Translations under genes and position numbers: made by a program
NCBI GenBank assembly: GCA_964195315.1
Contig: CAXMOZ010000015.1
Coordinates: forward strand, 31,995-95,994
DNA length: 64,000 nucleotides
Direction of reading: 5' to 3'
DNA from: an uncultured Acidimicrobiia bacterium
GTDB lineage: Bacteria > Pseudomonadota > Gammaproteobacteria > GCA-001735895
Shown: piece by piece, positions 9,416 through 19,907 of the stretch
Position numbering within the stretch: the stretch's first letter is position 1
How the letters are laid out: every line of letters begins with the position of its first letter
The notes under the pieces: generated by a model
Seen by the model: the letters and a program-made list of their open reading frames with translations, nothing else
Database searches by the model: none
What the model was told of the DNA's origin: nothing

Positions 9416-10804
9416 ATGCGATATCAGGATGGACGCGGCGTTTTTTTTACCGCATCAGGCCAGAAAACAGTCGACCAATTTGAGCCAATATTAAAATGTC
9501 TTCTAGGCAGCTACGGTGACCCGGAAGCTGCGATTAAAACGATACTGGCAGAGGACGACGACTTTGTATTGGGTCATTGCTTTCATGCCTACCTCAATTT
9601 GCTTGCGCTCGAACGTAGCTTAATGCCCGTGGTCGCTGGCATTATCGAACGCCTTGAACCACTTTTCGCCAAAGCTTACGATCATGAAAAAGAACATATA
9701 GCAGCGATCAAGAAGTGGTATTCAGGAGATCTGCATGCAGCTGTCAAACACTGGGAAAATGCACTGTTGCAGAACCCCTGTGATTTGCTGGCAATGCGGC
9801 TGTGTCACGACCTAGCGTTTTTTCTCGGTGATTGTCGCAATCTGCGCGACAGTGTGGGGCGCGTTAGAAAAGAATGGAGTCGAGATATGCCGGGTTATGG
9901 TTATCTGCTCGGAATGCATGCCTTTGGCCTCGAAGAATGTGGTGACTACCAACGTGCTGAAGATACTGGTCGTGAAGCGTTGCAGATCAATCCACGTGAT
10001 AGCTGGGCAGTTCACGCTGTTACCCATGTGATGGAGATGATGGGGCGACAGGCCGATGGCATTGAATGGCTTAACTCACGTCAGGCCGATTGGGCCTATG
10101 ATGGTAATTTCTTTGCGGTGCACAATTGGTGGCATCTGGCGATTTATCATTTAGACATGGCTCGATATGATCAGGTGCTCTCGCTCTATGATGGCCCTAT
10201 TCGCAGCGAAAAGTCTGCCGCGGTGCTCGACTTGGTTGATGCATCATCACTGTTGTGGCGTATTCACCTTCAAGGAGAAGATGCCGGTGTAGGACGCTGG
10301 AATGAATTAGCTGAGGGATGGATGAACTATGCCGATGACGGAATTTATGCCTTCAATGATCTGCATATGATGATGGGGCTGGCTGTCACAGCACGCTTTG
10401 ATGAAGCAGACCATTTGGTTCGGTCACTTCAGCAACAGTCCGAAGCAAGTACAGGTACTAATCGACTGGCACTACAGAGTATTGGTTTACCTGCTTGCAA
10501 GGGATTTCTGGCATTTGCACGGGGGCAATACAGTGAAGCAATCGAACATCTATTGCCGGTTAGGCATCGATCGTTTCATTTTGGTGGCAGTCATGCTCAG
10601 CGAGATATATTGAACTGGACAACGATCGAAGCGATGCTGCGTGCTGGACAGTACAGCCGTGCGCGCACTGCCTTGAACGAACGTCTCGAATTGAAACCGG
10701 GCAGTCCGCAAAGCTGGAACATGGCGGCTCGGGCCTATAGTGGGCTCGGTCTAGTGGGAAAATCTGCCGCAGCACGTGACGAGGCCGACCGACTGCTAGA
10801 CTGA
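9416..10804 (+). CDS. TPR-like helical repeat protein, TTC38-like family (function unknown)
   Basis: 462-aa all-helical ORF of the size and repeat character of TTC38-family proteins. A strong RBS (aggagg) lies 7 nt upstream of the ATG. Confidence 0.45.
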   Translation: MRYQDGRGVFFTASGQKTVDQFEPILKCLLGSYGDPEAAIKTILAEDDDFVLGHCFHAYLNLLALERSLMPVVAGIIERLEPLFAKAYDHEKEHIAAIKKWYSGDLHAAVKHWENALLQNPCDLLAMRLCHDLAFFLGDCRNLRDSVGRVRKEWSRDMPGYGYLLGMHAFGLEECGDYQRAEDTGREALQINPRDSWAVHAVTHVMEMMGRQADGIEWLNSRQADWAYDGNFFAVHNWWHLAIYHLDMARYDQVLSLYDGPIRSEKSAAVLDLVDASSLLWRIHLQGEDAGVGRWNELAEGWMNYADDGIYAFNDLHMMMGLAVTARFDEADHLVRSLQQQSEASTGTNRLALQSIGLPACKGFLAFARGQYSEAIEHLLPVRHRSFHFGGSHAQRDILNWTTIEAMLRAGQYSRARTALNERLELKPGSPQSWNMAARAYSGLGLVGKSAAARDEADRLLD

Positions 10805-11086
10805 AAATAAAATAGGCTAACTCGAGTCTCTAATCGCAGTGTTAATGACAAGGATATTCGCACCCAAGTGATCGAACTTTGAGACACCCAATACTATTTT
10901 GTTATTGAGACGCTAAACGTAAAACCGACAGTTCTTATCAAATACTGAAAGTATGATTTTACTCGTGAAAAAATTTGAATGAGATTTGAATAGCTCTAAG
11001 CTAAACTTGAAGTTCAATACCTTTATTCCGTACAAAAGGAATGATGGTAATTATGTAGCAATTTAAGCTGGAGTCGATTAAAAATT

Positions 11087-11680
11087 ATGCCCTGTTTCTA
11101 TAAAGCCCCATTTCAGGGGGTAGTTCAAAATATTTTCAGCTGTGAAGATAGTGAAGCTTCTATTGTTAGCAACATTATTGATAGAGTTAATTTAAGCTAT
11201 GAAGGAATTCCTGATGACACGCATAGTGGATTAACTCGTGCTGCTTGTACCCGGTTTCCTTATTTGTATAAAAAAGGCGTTGAGATTCGAAATACCCGAC
11301 AGCTCAGCATAATATCATCGGAAGAACTTGCTGAAATTGCTGCAGGGCTAGAACTTGATGTTTTGCCTGCTGGATGGCTAGGTGCCAATATTGAACTGTC
11401 AGGTATTCCTAGTCTGACACTACTACCGCCATCGTCACGTCTAGTTTTCAGTAGTAAAGCAACTATAGTTGTCGATATTGAAAACAGGCCTTGTGTTTAT
11501 CCCGCGAAGATAATCGATAGTTATTATCCTGGAAAGGGTAAGAAGTTTATTAAAACAGCTAAGAACAAACGAGGAATAACTGCTTGGGTTGAGCGAGAAG
11601 GATTGATTGAACCAGGTGACAGTGTCGAGGTGTTCGTTCCTGATCAGCCTAGCCATCCTTTGTTAACAGCATCTGATTGA
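11087..11680 (+). CDS. MOSC-domain protein (YiiM-like)
   Basis: 197-aa ORF whose C-terminal half (…AWVEREGLIEPGDSVEV) resembles the MOSC beta-barrel domain. Confidence 0.5.
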   Translation: MPCFYKAPFQGVVQNIFSCEDSEASIVSNIIDRVNLSYEGIPDDTHSGLTRAACTRFPYLYKKGVEIRNTRQLSIISSEELAEIAAGLELDVLPAGWLGANIELSGIPSLTLLPPSSRLVFSSKATIVVDIENRPCVYPAKIIDSYYPGKGKKFIKTAKNKRGITAWVEREGLIEPGDSVEVFVPDQPSHPLLTASD

Positions 11681-11705
11681 GATTTCTTAGCGGACAAGAT
11701 TTAAC

Positions 11706-11770
11706 CCGTAGGGCGGAAAAGCGCAGCGTTATCCGCCGCATGTATTGACGAATTCATCATCGCCCTACGG
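11706..11770. repeat. REP-like palindromic element, copy 2 of 3
   Basis: Terminal inverted repeats cccgtagggcg … cgccctacgg flank a gaaaagcgcagcg core. The stop codon of the minus-strand alpha/beta-hydrolase gene (rc of cta at 11765-11767) lies inside the right arm. Confidence 0.6.
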
Positions 11771-12670
11771 CTCTCGCTTCTGGTATAGGTAAGACAACAC
11801 CGCCTGAATTACAGCGTCATCTTTTAGTATTCTATTATGCCCAAGACCCACTGTTTTAAGACTAGTGCAACCTTTCCATGTCGCTTCTATTTCTTCGAAT
11901 AATGACGCATCTATTTCTTCATCTTTGTGGTCGTGCACGAGCATGCCTGTCGGTGTTTTATGGTTGAGTAACGCCGCTGGATTTAATGTGCTCCACGGGT
12001 CTTGTTGACCCAGAATATCGTGCATTTTTTCGCCACTCAAATCACGAAACCGAATTGCCAGTGTTGGCCTTAGGTTTAACAATTCACTATAGGACTTGAA
12101 CATTTTCTCTACGTCGAGATGGGGTGCCATCATGACCAAATGTTGCGCCTTTAAACCTCGTTGAAAGGCCTCAGTGGCCGCCATTGCGCCGAGGGAATGG
12201 GCAATGACGACATTAACTTCGCCAACTTGTTGCTGGATCGCTAATAAAGTATTTGTGAATTCAAGCAAGTGGGATTTTCTGCCGTCATTTTGTCCGTGTG
12301 CAGGTGCATCAAATGTGATGACCTGATACCCAGCAGCCACTAGAGCGGGTATGAAGTATCGAAACTGGGTCCCCGATCCACTCCACCCATGCATTAAAAT
12401 AACCAATGGTCCCTTGCCCCAACTATAAACGGGGAGGCTTTTGTCTTTTAATTGAATGGTGATTGATTCATCGGCTTGTTGCCAAAATTCATTCACCCAT
12501 TGCTTTGGCTTTGATTTAAAAACAGTAAACCAGAGTTGGCTAAGCACTCGCGCCGGCCATTCATTGTGTATCCGTGAGAATAGGTTAAGGCCAAAACCAG
12601 CAAGCTGAAAACTAATCGGAACAACTCGTTTAGCTCTGCCAGATGAGCTCATCATGGTCTTCTTATTCAT
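11765..12670 (-). CDS. Alpha/beta-fold hydrolase
   Basis: 301-aa ORF with an oxyanion-hole HG motif (LMHGWSG) and a nucleophile elbow (AHSLGA). Confidence 0.75.
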   Translation of the reverse strand: MNKKTMMSSSGRAKRVVPISFQLAGFGLNLFSRIHNEWPARVLSQLWFTVFKSKPKQWVNEFWQQADESITIQLKDKSLPVYSWGKGPLVILMHGWSGSGTQFRYFIPALVAAGYQVITFDAPAHGQNDGRKSHLLEFTNTLLAIQQQVGEVNVVIAHSLGAMAATEAFQRGLKAQHLVMMAPHLDVEKMFKSYSELLNLRPTLAIRFRDLSGEKMHDILGQQDPWSTLNPAALLNHKTPTGMLVHDHKDEEIDASLFEEIEATWKGCTSLKTVGLGHNRILKDDAVIQAVLSYLYQKREP

Positions 12671-12823
12671 TGGGCTGTTATCCCGGATAGATTACGTGGT
12701 TGATAGATCATGTGTTCAATTTCTTTTGTGTCTTGCTAGATTTCAAGTGATCATTATGACTATTGCGAATCAAGTTAAGTAGTGTCATATTTGACATAAT
12801 ACAAGCCATTTCGGACGCTTCTA

Positions 12824-13828
12824 ATGCGGGCAGCACTTTATTTAATGGATCAATGTATCGGTAGTGGCATACATGGCATTATCGATTCACTGATCGCGGC
12901 AAATTATACTTTGGTCAAGTCGGGGCATCAGCCGATGTTTAGTTGGGACACAGTGTCTATTACGGGTAAACCGGTTGTGCCGACGAATGGATTGAGGATT
13001 CAGCCCGATTACAAGTTGAGTGACTATCTGCAACTGGATACCAGTCCCGACGTGTGGATTTTCCCATCGGTTTTCCAGTCTTCTACTGGCTTTGAAAAGA
13101 TTGAAATAGCACTCGAAGAGGCGCAATCTTTAATGAAGGTGATTCGCAATCACCATGACCAAGGCAAGCTGTTAATTAGCATTTGTAGCGGTTGTTTTTT
13201 ATTGGCAGCTGCTGGACTTATGGTTAATAGCCCCGCCTTAATGCACTGGAAAAGCGAGCATCATTTTAGGCGCCTATTCCCGAAACTAAAAGTTGATACC
13301 CGTCACTCCATCGCTGACTATGGCAATATCATTTGCGCGATCGGTGGCGGTATGGCCTATGAATACCTGGTGATGCATTTGGTTGAACGATTTGCCGGTC
13401 ATCGCACCGCCGTTGATACCGCCAAGTTACTTATGATGCACCTTAAAGCGCCATCGCCGCTGCCTTTTCGTACCAATATCGAAACCAGCTATCACAGCGA
13501 CGAACTGGTCCAACGTGCGCAACGCTACCTCGAACAGAATTTGAATCACGAGGTTGATATCTCCGACCTATCTAAGCAGGTTAACATTAGTGACCGGCAG
13601 CTCAGTCGTCGTTTTAGTAAGGCGCTCGATTGTTCTCCACTACAATATTTACAGCAGGTCCGAATTAATCGAGCCTGTAACTTGCTTGAGTTAACGCAAT
13701 TGCCATCGAGTAAAATTGTGTATGAAATTGGTTATCAGGATGAGAGTAGCTTCCGGCGTTTGTTTAAGAAACAAATGGATATGACAATGGAAGGCTATCG
13801 ACAGCAGTTTGGCGTTACAGAAAGATAA
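12824..13828 (+). CDS. GlxA-type AraC-family transcriptional regulator (DJ-1/PfpI-like N-domain + AraC HTH)
   Basis: 334-aa ORF. It has an N-terminal GATase1/DJ-1-like domain with the conserved Cys (ICSGCFLLAAAG) and two C-terminal AraC HTH motifs (…DESSFRRLFKK…). Confidence 0.8.
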   Translation: MRAALYLMDQCIGSGIHGIIDSLIAANYTLVKSGHQPMFSWDTVSITGKPVVPTNGLRIQPDYKLSDYLQLDTSPDVWIFPSVFQSSTGFEKIEIALEEAQSLMKVIRNHHDQGKLLISICSGCFLLAAAGLMVNSPALMHWKSEHHFRRLFPKLKVDTRHSIADYGNIICAIGGGMAYEYLVMHLVERFAGHRTAVDTAKLLMMHLKAPSPLPFRTNIETSYHSDELVQRAQRYLEQNLNHEVDISDLSKQVNISDRQLSRRFSKALDCSPLQYLQQVRINRACNLLELTQLPSSKIVYEIGYQDESSFRRLFKKQMDMTMEGYRQQFGVTER

Positions 13829-13842
13829 ACTCAGGAACTGGT

Positions 13843-15597
13843 TTAACTAATATAGCCAATACGGAAACCACCCCAGTGCTTACCGTTAATATGAATAGGC
13901 ACTGACAAGTCGTGCATTACTTCGCCAGTGTCGCGTTTGTAGGTTTGCAGTAACAGTTTCTGAGTATGACTGCCGCAGCGAGAACCTGTTTTGTCGGTGA
14001 ACTTTCGTTTTGTCCGGTTTGCGAGCAAGTCTGTATCATGGTTGCCAGTTAAGCGGTGGCAAAATTTATTGTTGTGAGTGGCAACATAAGCCTGGTCGTC
14101 GGTTGCTATGGCATAGGCGACGAAATCATTCGAGGCAAGAATGGGTTCCTGTATGCCGGGTAAGATTTTATCCGAAATTTGATCGTATTTGGTTTCAAAT
14201 TTTGGTGGGTTGGTGTTCTCAATAGTTTTATAGGTTCGATCAAATAAATCGCTCTGGGAAATCTGACCCTGCTTGATCGCATTTTCAAATTCTAGCTGAA
14301 TTTGTTGTGAAGCGTTATCGGCTAGCTGAAATACCTGCTGGTGAATGCCTTCAGATAAAACTGATGCCAGTGTCGAGTTGGTTTCCTCGGCAATATCGGT
14401 AAAACGTTCAGCCTCATCGCTAAGATTCGAAACGTGTGCATTGCTATCTCTTAAACCCGAACCGATGCTTTCAATGGTTTGTGTTATCTGTACTATAAAA
14501 TTATGATTTTCATCAGCCTTACTGGCTATCTGGGTGATTTGCAACTCGACACCATCGACAATGTCTCCAACTAGTTGCAGGCGTTGCTCGACGCTTTGAA
14601 TATGTTCAGCCCCTTCGGTGACTTCGGTGGAAAGCTCGTTAACAACAGAAACCACGGTTTGGGTTTCGGAATGTGTTTTTTCAATGATTTGGCTGACCTG
14701 CGTTGTAGCCTCTGCGGTGCGGGCGGCGAGGCTGCGAACTTCGTCAGCGACTACTGCAAAACCACGTCCCATTTCACCAGCGCGAGCCGCTTCGATAGCG
14801 GCATTGAGTGCGAGTAGATTGGTTTGGCTAGCAATGCTTTCGATAACTTGCGTGACATCTCTAATTTTTTCTGAATTCTCACTTAGGCTTTGAATTTTTT
14901 GCGAAGTTTGATTCGATTTTTCCAATATCGAGGCAATTTTAGCCATTGTTGTTGCCAATAATGACTGTCCCTGTTGGCTATTATCCCTTGCGTCGCGTGC
15001 CTGTGACATAGCCTCGGTCGAGTTTAGTGTGACTTCTGCGCTGTTTTTTGTGATTTGCTGAATTGCATTAGAGATCTGATCTATATCGGTAGTCTGACCA
15101 CCAAGCTTGCTCTGAAGCTCTGACACCGAAAAGGATACCTCTGCAGCAGAAATGGCGTTGGTACCAGAATGCTCTGCCAATTTATGGGTGGCATCGGAAA
15201 TACTCACCAATTGTTGCCATAAATCATCCAGTGACTGGCTATTGTGAATTTGACGGAGTACTTCAAATTCCTCGCCAATTTTTCTTTGCTCTGTTTGATG
15301 AGCTGTAATTCTTCGTAGCAATAAGTCACTCAATAAGTGAACCGATGATGCTCTTGATGTCAGTGTGTAGGCAAGAATAAATAATGCGATAATGGTAATC
15401 GAAATGAGCAATGCAGATGCTAGCAGGCCATGTTGATAACTATAACTTAGGCCCAATTGCACGATTACGGCAACAAGCGTCAATATCAATAATCGTCGGT
15501 CAAAAACGAAATTATGCATTAAGGGGCTTCCTAATATGATTGCGATTGGGGTTAATATTAGTTGCAATCGAAAAAAAATCCCAAATAGATATCTCAA
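13843..15597 (-). CDS. Methyl-accepting chemotaxis protein with an additional C-terminal domain of uncertain type
   Basis: 584-aa ORF with two N-terminal TM helices and a canonical MCP signalling domain (…[38 protein letters not shown]…). An unusual C-terminal extension of about 170 aa follows the signalling domain. Confidence 0.85.
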   Translation of the reverse strand: MRYLFGIFFRLQLILTPIAIILGSPLMHNFVFDRRLLILTLVAVIVQLGLSYSYQHGLLASALLISITIIALFILAYTLTSRASSVHLLSDLLLRRITAHQTEQRKIGEEFEVLRQIHNSQSLDDLWQQLVSISDATHKLAEHSGTNAISAAEVSFSVSELQSKLGGQTTDIDQISNAIQQITKNSAEVTLNSTEAMSQARDARDNSQQGQSLLATTMAKIASILEKSNQTSQKIQSLSENSEKIRDVTQVIESIASQTNLLALNAAIEAARAGEMGRGFAVVADEVRSLAARTAEATTQVSQIIEKTHSETQTVVSVVNELSTEVTEGAEHIQSVEQRLQLVGDIVDGVELQITQIASKADENHNFIVQITQTIESIGSGLRDSNAHVSNLSDEAERFTDIAEETNSTLASVLSEGIHQQVFQLADNASQQIQLEFENAIKQGQISQSDLFDRTYKTIENTNPPKFETKYDQISDKILPGIQEPILASNDFVAYAIATDDQAYVATHNNKFCHRLTGNHDTDLLANRTKRKFTDKTGSRCGSHTQKLLLQTYKRDTGEVMHDLSVPIHINGKHWGGFRIGYIS

Positions 15598-15812
15598 TAT
15601 TATTTATCTATTACTATCCTAAGAATTAGAGTGGGGTTATTTTTTTAAATTATGAGCTCATCGAATGACCCCAAGGCCGAATAAAGTCCTGGGTAGACAG
15701 CGTATTCCTCGGGCAGCTGGGTTGTATCTTGGATAGGCAAACCAGCGAGGCGCTGGCGAGGTTAACTTAGCCTGAATGGCCCGATAATTAGACCGATTCA
15801 GTCAGGTCCAAG

Positions 15813-16187
15813 TTAGGTAGGAACCCGATGTTCGACTAATTCACAGAGTAAGTTAGTGATTAAATCTGAGCTACCGACATGTGCCGTGGTATGAAATGCT
15901 ATCTGTGGATACTTTTCCTGTAACGGTTTGACTTCATTTGGAATGTCTCTCATGACATGGTGACCTGCACAGAGAAAATAAGGCATCAGGCAAACCTCGT
16001 TCGCGCCTTGCTGGATGCAACTTTCTATTGCTTCGGCAATCGATGGGGCCGTTAGTTCTAGAAAGGCAATTTCGACAATTGGATATTTTTTATCCAATGT
16101 TTTAGCGAGTTTATTGGCGAGCTGTTTAGCCTCATCATTTGATGATTGAAGTCGACTACCATGGACGATTAATATGATTGATTTCAT
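15813..16187 (-). CDS. CbiX-like (short sirohydrochlorin chelatase-type) protein
   Basis: 124-aa ORF. The N-terminus (MKSIILIVHGSR) and a downstream His (CAGHHVMRDIP) match the CbiX small-chelatase pattern. Confidence 0.55.
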   Translation of the reverse strand: MKSIILIVHGSRLQSSNDEAKQLANKLAKTLDKKYPIVEIAFLELTAPSIAEAIESCIQQGANEVCLMPYFLCAGHHVMRDIPNEVKPLQEKYPQIAFHTTAHVGSSDLITNLLCELVEHRVPT

Positions 16188-16339
16188 TGCTCTAAGCTTG
16201 TGTCAGTTTGGCAAATAACAAGGGTGGTGGTCTAGGTCATTCTGTTGGGTGTCGAATCGCCAAATAGTCCTCGCTGAAGCCAATTCTAATGCGTTTTTAG
16301 TGGAGATGAAGACAAAACTGGCTATTCTGATGTGACATT

Positions 16340-16376
16340 AAACACCTGAAGATATGACTGTCTCTTCAGGCGTTTA
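16340..16376 (-). terminator. Candidate intrinsic terminator downstream of aspC
   Basis: A roughly 13-bp imperfect stem (aaacacctgaaga / tcttcaggcgttt) with a 10-nt loop, followed on the transcribed (minus) strand by a weak U-rich stretch. Confidence 0.4.
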
Positions 16377-16388
16377 ATATGTTGTGAT

Positions 16389-17579
16389 CTAAACGACGTT
16401 TGCGATAGCCTCGCAAATGGCGTCCATATTACCTTCGGTCATTGCGGCAACATTGAAACGGCCCGAGTTCACTGCGTAGACAGCGCTATCTTCACGCATT
16501 TTAATGATTTGTGCTGTGGTTAAACCGGAGAATGAAAACATACCGTTTTGACGCTCGATAAAGCTAAAGTCCATAGCGACACCTTTTTTCTTCAGTGTTT
16601 CTACAAATAATTTCCGCATAGCATGAACTCGATTACGCATGGCATCGACTTCAGCTTCCCATTCGGCGCGTAATTTTTGATCGGTAAGAATCGTCGTCAC
16701 TATTCCGCCACCATGAGCCGGTGGGTTGGAATAGATCACCCGAATAATACTTTTTAGCTGGCTGAAAGCGGTATTGGCAATCTGTGCTGTTTTTGCAATC
16801 AGGGTAAAAGCACCGGCACGTTCATTGTAAATGCCAAAGTTTTTCGAGAATGAGCTGGCGACTAATAATTCTTCACAGTGCTCAGTGAAAATGCGAAGTC
16901 CTTCGGCATCTTCTTCAATACCACGGGCAAAACCCTGATAAGCAAAATCAAATAAGGGCAGGAGTTTTTTGTCTATACACAAATTGGCAAGTTGAGTCCA
17001 TTGTGCATTATCAGGATCGATGCCAGTTGGATTGTGACAGCAGCCATGAACAAGTAGAACGTCCCCAGCTTTGGCATTTTGAAGATCGGATATTACAGAA
17101 TCGAAATCAATATCTTTAGCATTCTCATCGTAGTAGCCGTAGCGCGCAATTTTTAGTCCTGCTGCTTCAAATACACCGATGTGATTGGCCCAGGTCGGAT
17201 CACTGACCCAAATGGTGACATCACCAAGTTGACGTCTAATAAATTCAGCCGCAATGCGTAAACCACCAGTGCCACCTGGCGCCTGTGCGGTATGAGTGCG
17301 CTTGTCAGCAATAATCTTTGAATCAATACCGAATAGTAATTTTTGAACGGCTAGCGCGTAGTCTGCGGTCCCGGAAATACCGAGGTATGACTTGGTCTTC
17401 TCGTTTTCTAGCAATCTGGCTTCGGCTTTTTTGACGCTAGGTAATACGGGTGTACGGCCGGTAGCATCTTTGTAAACACCAACACCTAAATTAATTTTGT
17501 GGGTACGGGTATCTGCATTAAATTCATCATTGAGGCCTAAAATTGGATCGGCCGCAGCAGCAGAAATTTTCTCGAACAT
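16389..17579 (-). CDS. aspC: Aspartate/aromatic amino acid aminotransferase (class I PLP enzyme)
   Basis: 396-aa ORF collinear with E. coli AspC (MFE…AAPADPILGL…, …SKNFGLYNERVGA…, NPPAHG). Confidence 0.85.
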   Translation of the reverse strand: MFEKISAAAADPILGLNDEFNADTRTHKINLGVGVYKDATGRTPVLPSVKKAEARLLENEKTKSYLGISGTADYALAVQKLLFGIDSKIIADKRTHTAQAPGGTGGLRIAAEFIRRQLGDVTIWVSDPTWANHIGVFEAAGLKIARYGYYDENAKDIDFDSVISDLQNAKAGDVLLVHGCCHNPTGIDPDNAQWTQLANLCIDKKLLPLFDFAYQGFARGIEEDAEGLRIFTEHCEELLVASSFSKNFGIYNERAGAFTLIAKTAQIANTAFSQLKSIIRVIYSNPPAHGGGIVTTILTDQKLRAEWEAEVDAMRNRVHAMRKLFVETLKKKGVAMDFSFIERQNGMFSFSGLTTAQIIKMREDSAVYAVNSGRFNVAAMTEGNMDAICEAIANVV

Positions 17580-18129
17580 CGTAAGTACCTGGGGTAGAGA
17601 GTTAAAGGGATAAGGTCATGCAGATAGTACGATGAGCGAAATAAGGTGAAAGTTTTGACCGTTAATTCGACAAATGGCATCGATCTATCTACCACGACAA
17701 CAGAGCATAACATTAAATTATTGATCTTTCGTACCCAAATGCCAGGTTTTTTAGGCCAGGTAAACATCATTGCATTTTAGGTCACACTATCTCGATCTGA
17801 GGGATAATGTTGGTGTCTGATATCCCCGTTTTATGTTTAAAAAATCATCTTTATCAACGGTTGAATGGCGTTGTTGTATATTGTAAAGCTAAAGTGGGTA
17901 AGCTCTCAGAAGTGTAGTTTAAACTAATTATTTAAGGTCTATTTGAGGCGCTCATTAATTTTGATTGTAGTTATAATAATTATCACTTTGACAATATTTC
18001 TCCAAAGTCTTAGGCTATCCCTCAGCTTTGGTTAAACCGAATACGATCTAAATAAGATCCTGCTCATATAATAATATCGGCTAACTAAAAACTACATTCG
18101 TTAAAAATCCTGAGGAGAACTAGATAAAG

Positions 18130-19785
18130 ATGAGTAAAAACGAAACCAATAACGGTAAACCGTTACATCCAGCCATTAAGGATTGGGCGAAAGATGCAAA
18201 AGAAGGGAAAATGGAACGGCGTGAGTTTTTAGCTCTGTCGACTGCTTTTGCTGCCACCACTGTGACTAGCTTTGCCTTATTAGGTCTTGCTGCCCCAGGA
18301 GAAGCTCAGGCTGCGAAAAAAGGTGGATCTTTACGGATTCAGATGGAAGTCCGCCGTATTCCCGACCCACGTATTTTTGACTGGTCTCAAATGGCCAACG
18401 TTGCTCGTGGCATGCACGAAAACTTGGTGCGTTACACAGCAAACGCTACGTTTGAGCCCTACCTGTTAAGCAGTTGGGAAGTAAACGATGACGCGACTGT
18501 ATACACGCTAAATGTACGTAAAGGAGTGAAGTGGTCGAATGGAGATGATTTCACATCAAAAGACGTCGCTTTCAATATTAATCGCTGGTGTGACAAGTCT
18601 GCTGAAGGTAATTCGATGGCTGGTCGTATGGCGACATTGATCGATGCCGATTCTGGCAAAGCTGGTTCAGGCGTTATCGAAATCGTTGACAGTCATACGG
18701 TTAAACTTAATCTGCCCAACCCTGATATCTCTATTATTCCAGGTTTTTGTGACTATCCTGCATTATGTGTACACCCTGGTTACGATGGGTCTGATCTTCA
18801 TAATGGTGATCACCCAGGTACAGGCCCTTACATGATCGAGAGGCATGAAGTAGGCGTTCAATCAGTATTGGTTAAACGACCAGGTCATCAATGGTGGGGT
18901 GGTGAAGCCAACCTAGATCGCATTGAGTATCTAGACTATGGAACTGATCCATCGACCTTCTTGGCTGCTTTTGAAGCCGACGAAATTGATATGGTCTATG
19001 AAACTACAGGCGAATATAAAGAGATTTTTGCTAGCTTGGGATTAGCAGAATCCGATGCTGTGACGGCTGCAACTATCGTCATTCGACCCAACCAGAATGC
19101 AGAAGTGAATGGTATGAAGCCATATGCCGATGTACGCGTTCGTCGTGCAATTGCACTCGCTTGTGATAACGCGAAAATTCTTGAGTTAGGTGTTGCCGGT
19201 TTAGGTGTTCCTGCTGAGAACCATCATGTTTGTCCTATTCATCCTGAATACTACAAGCTACCTGCGATTAAACGAGATGCTGCGAAAGCGAAGGCATTGA
19301 TGGCAGAAGCGGGTATGGCTGACTATGAGCATGAATTGCTGTCAATTGATGACGATTGGCGTCGTGCTTCAACCGATGCTGTTGCAGCTCAGATGCGTGA
19401 TGCCGGTATCAAAGTTAAGCGCACGGTATTACCGGGTTCCACTTTCTGGAACGACTGGGCTAAGTATCCGTTCTCATCGACTAACTGGAATATGCGTCCC
19501 TTGGGTGTTCAGGTTCTGGCGTTGGCTTACCGTGGTGGTGAAGCGTGGAATGAATCAGGCTTTAACAATAAAGAATTTGACGATACTCTGACTAAAGCAC
19601 TCTCTATTGCAAACGCAGATGATCGCAGAGTTTTGATGAAACGTCTTGAAGAAATCATGCAAGAACAGGGTGTCACTATACAGCCTTACTGGCGCACGAT
19701 TGGACGTAACTTTAAAGACAATGTGGTTAATGCTGAAATGCATCCAACCTATGAAATCCACGTTGAAAGACTCGGGCTGGCTTAA
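18130..19785 (+). CDS. ABC transporter substrate-binding protein, family 5 (peptide/nickel/opine type), Tat-signal
   Basis: 551-aa ORF with a twin-arginine signal ([33 protein letters not shown]). It has SBP_bac_5 length and composition. An RBS (gaggag) lies upstream. Confidence 0.8.
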   Translation: MSKNETNNGKPLHPAIKDWAKDAKEGKMERREFLALSTAFAATTVTSFALLGLAAPGEAQAAKKGGSLRIQMEVRRIPDPRIFDWSQMANVARGMHENLVRYTANATFEPYLLSSWEVNDDATVYTLNVRKGVKWSNGDDFTSKDVAFNINRWCDKSAEGNSMAGRMATLIDADSGKAGSGVIEIVDSHTVKLNLPNPDISIIPGFCDYPALCVHPGYDGSDLHNGDHPGTGPYMIERHEVGVQSVLVKRPGHQWWGGEANLDRIEYLDYGTDPSTFLAAFEADEIDMVYETTGEYKEIFASLGLAESDAVTAATIVIRPNQNAEVNGMKPYADVRVRRAIALACDNAKILELGVAGLGVPAENHHVCPIHPEYYKLPAIKRDAAKAKALMAEAGMADYEHELLSIDDDWRRASTDAVAAQMRDAGIKVKRTVLPGSTFWNDWAKYPFSSTNWNMRPLGVQVLALAYRGGEAWNESGFNNKEFDDTLTKALSIANADDRRVLMKRLEEIMQEQGVTIQPYWRTIGRNFKDNVVNAEMHPTYEIHVERLGLA

Positions 19786-19810
19786 CCGCCGCTCCACATA
19801 GCAAAAAACA

Positions 19811-19838
19811 TCAGGGGCGTTAAGCCCCTGAATTTTTT
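19811..19838 (+). terminator. Rho-independent terminator after the substrate-binding-protein gene
   Basis: Stem tcaggggc / gcccctga with loop gttaa, followed by tttttt. Confidence 0.75.
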
Positions 19839-19907
19839 GGGTGGTAGCTTCGTAAAACTGATGCTCTCCTTACTGTCTCTACAAAATAAATACAAAGAGG
19901 AATTCCC

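Noticed and set aside
17537-17770. 77-aa minus-strand ORF overlapping the aspC start and upstream region
   Set aside because: It overlaps the well-supported aspC N-terminus in another frame and the AT-rich promoter region. It has no family signal.
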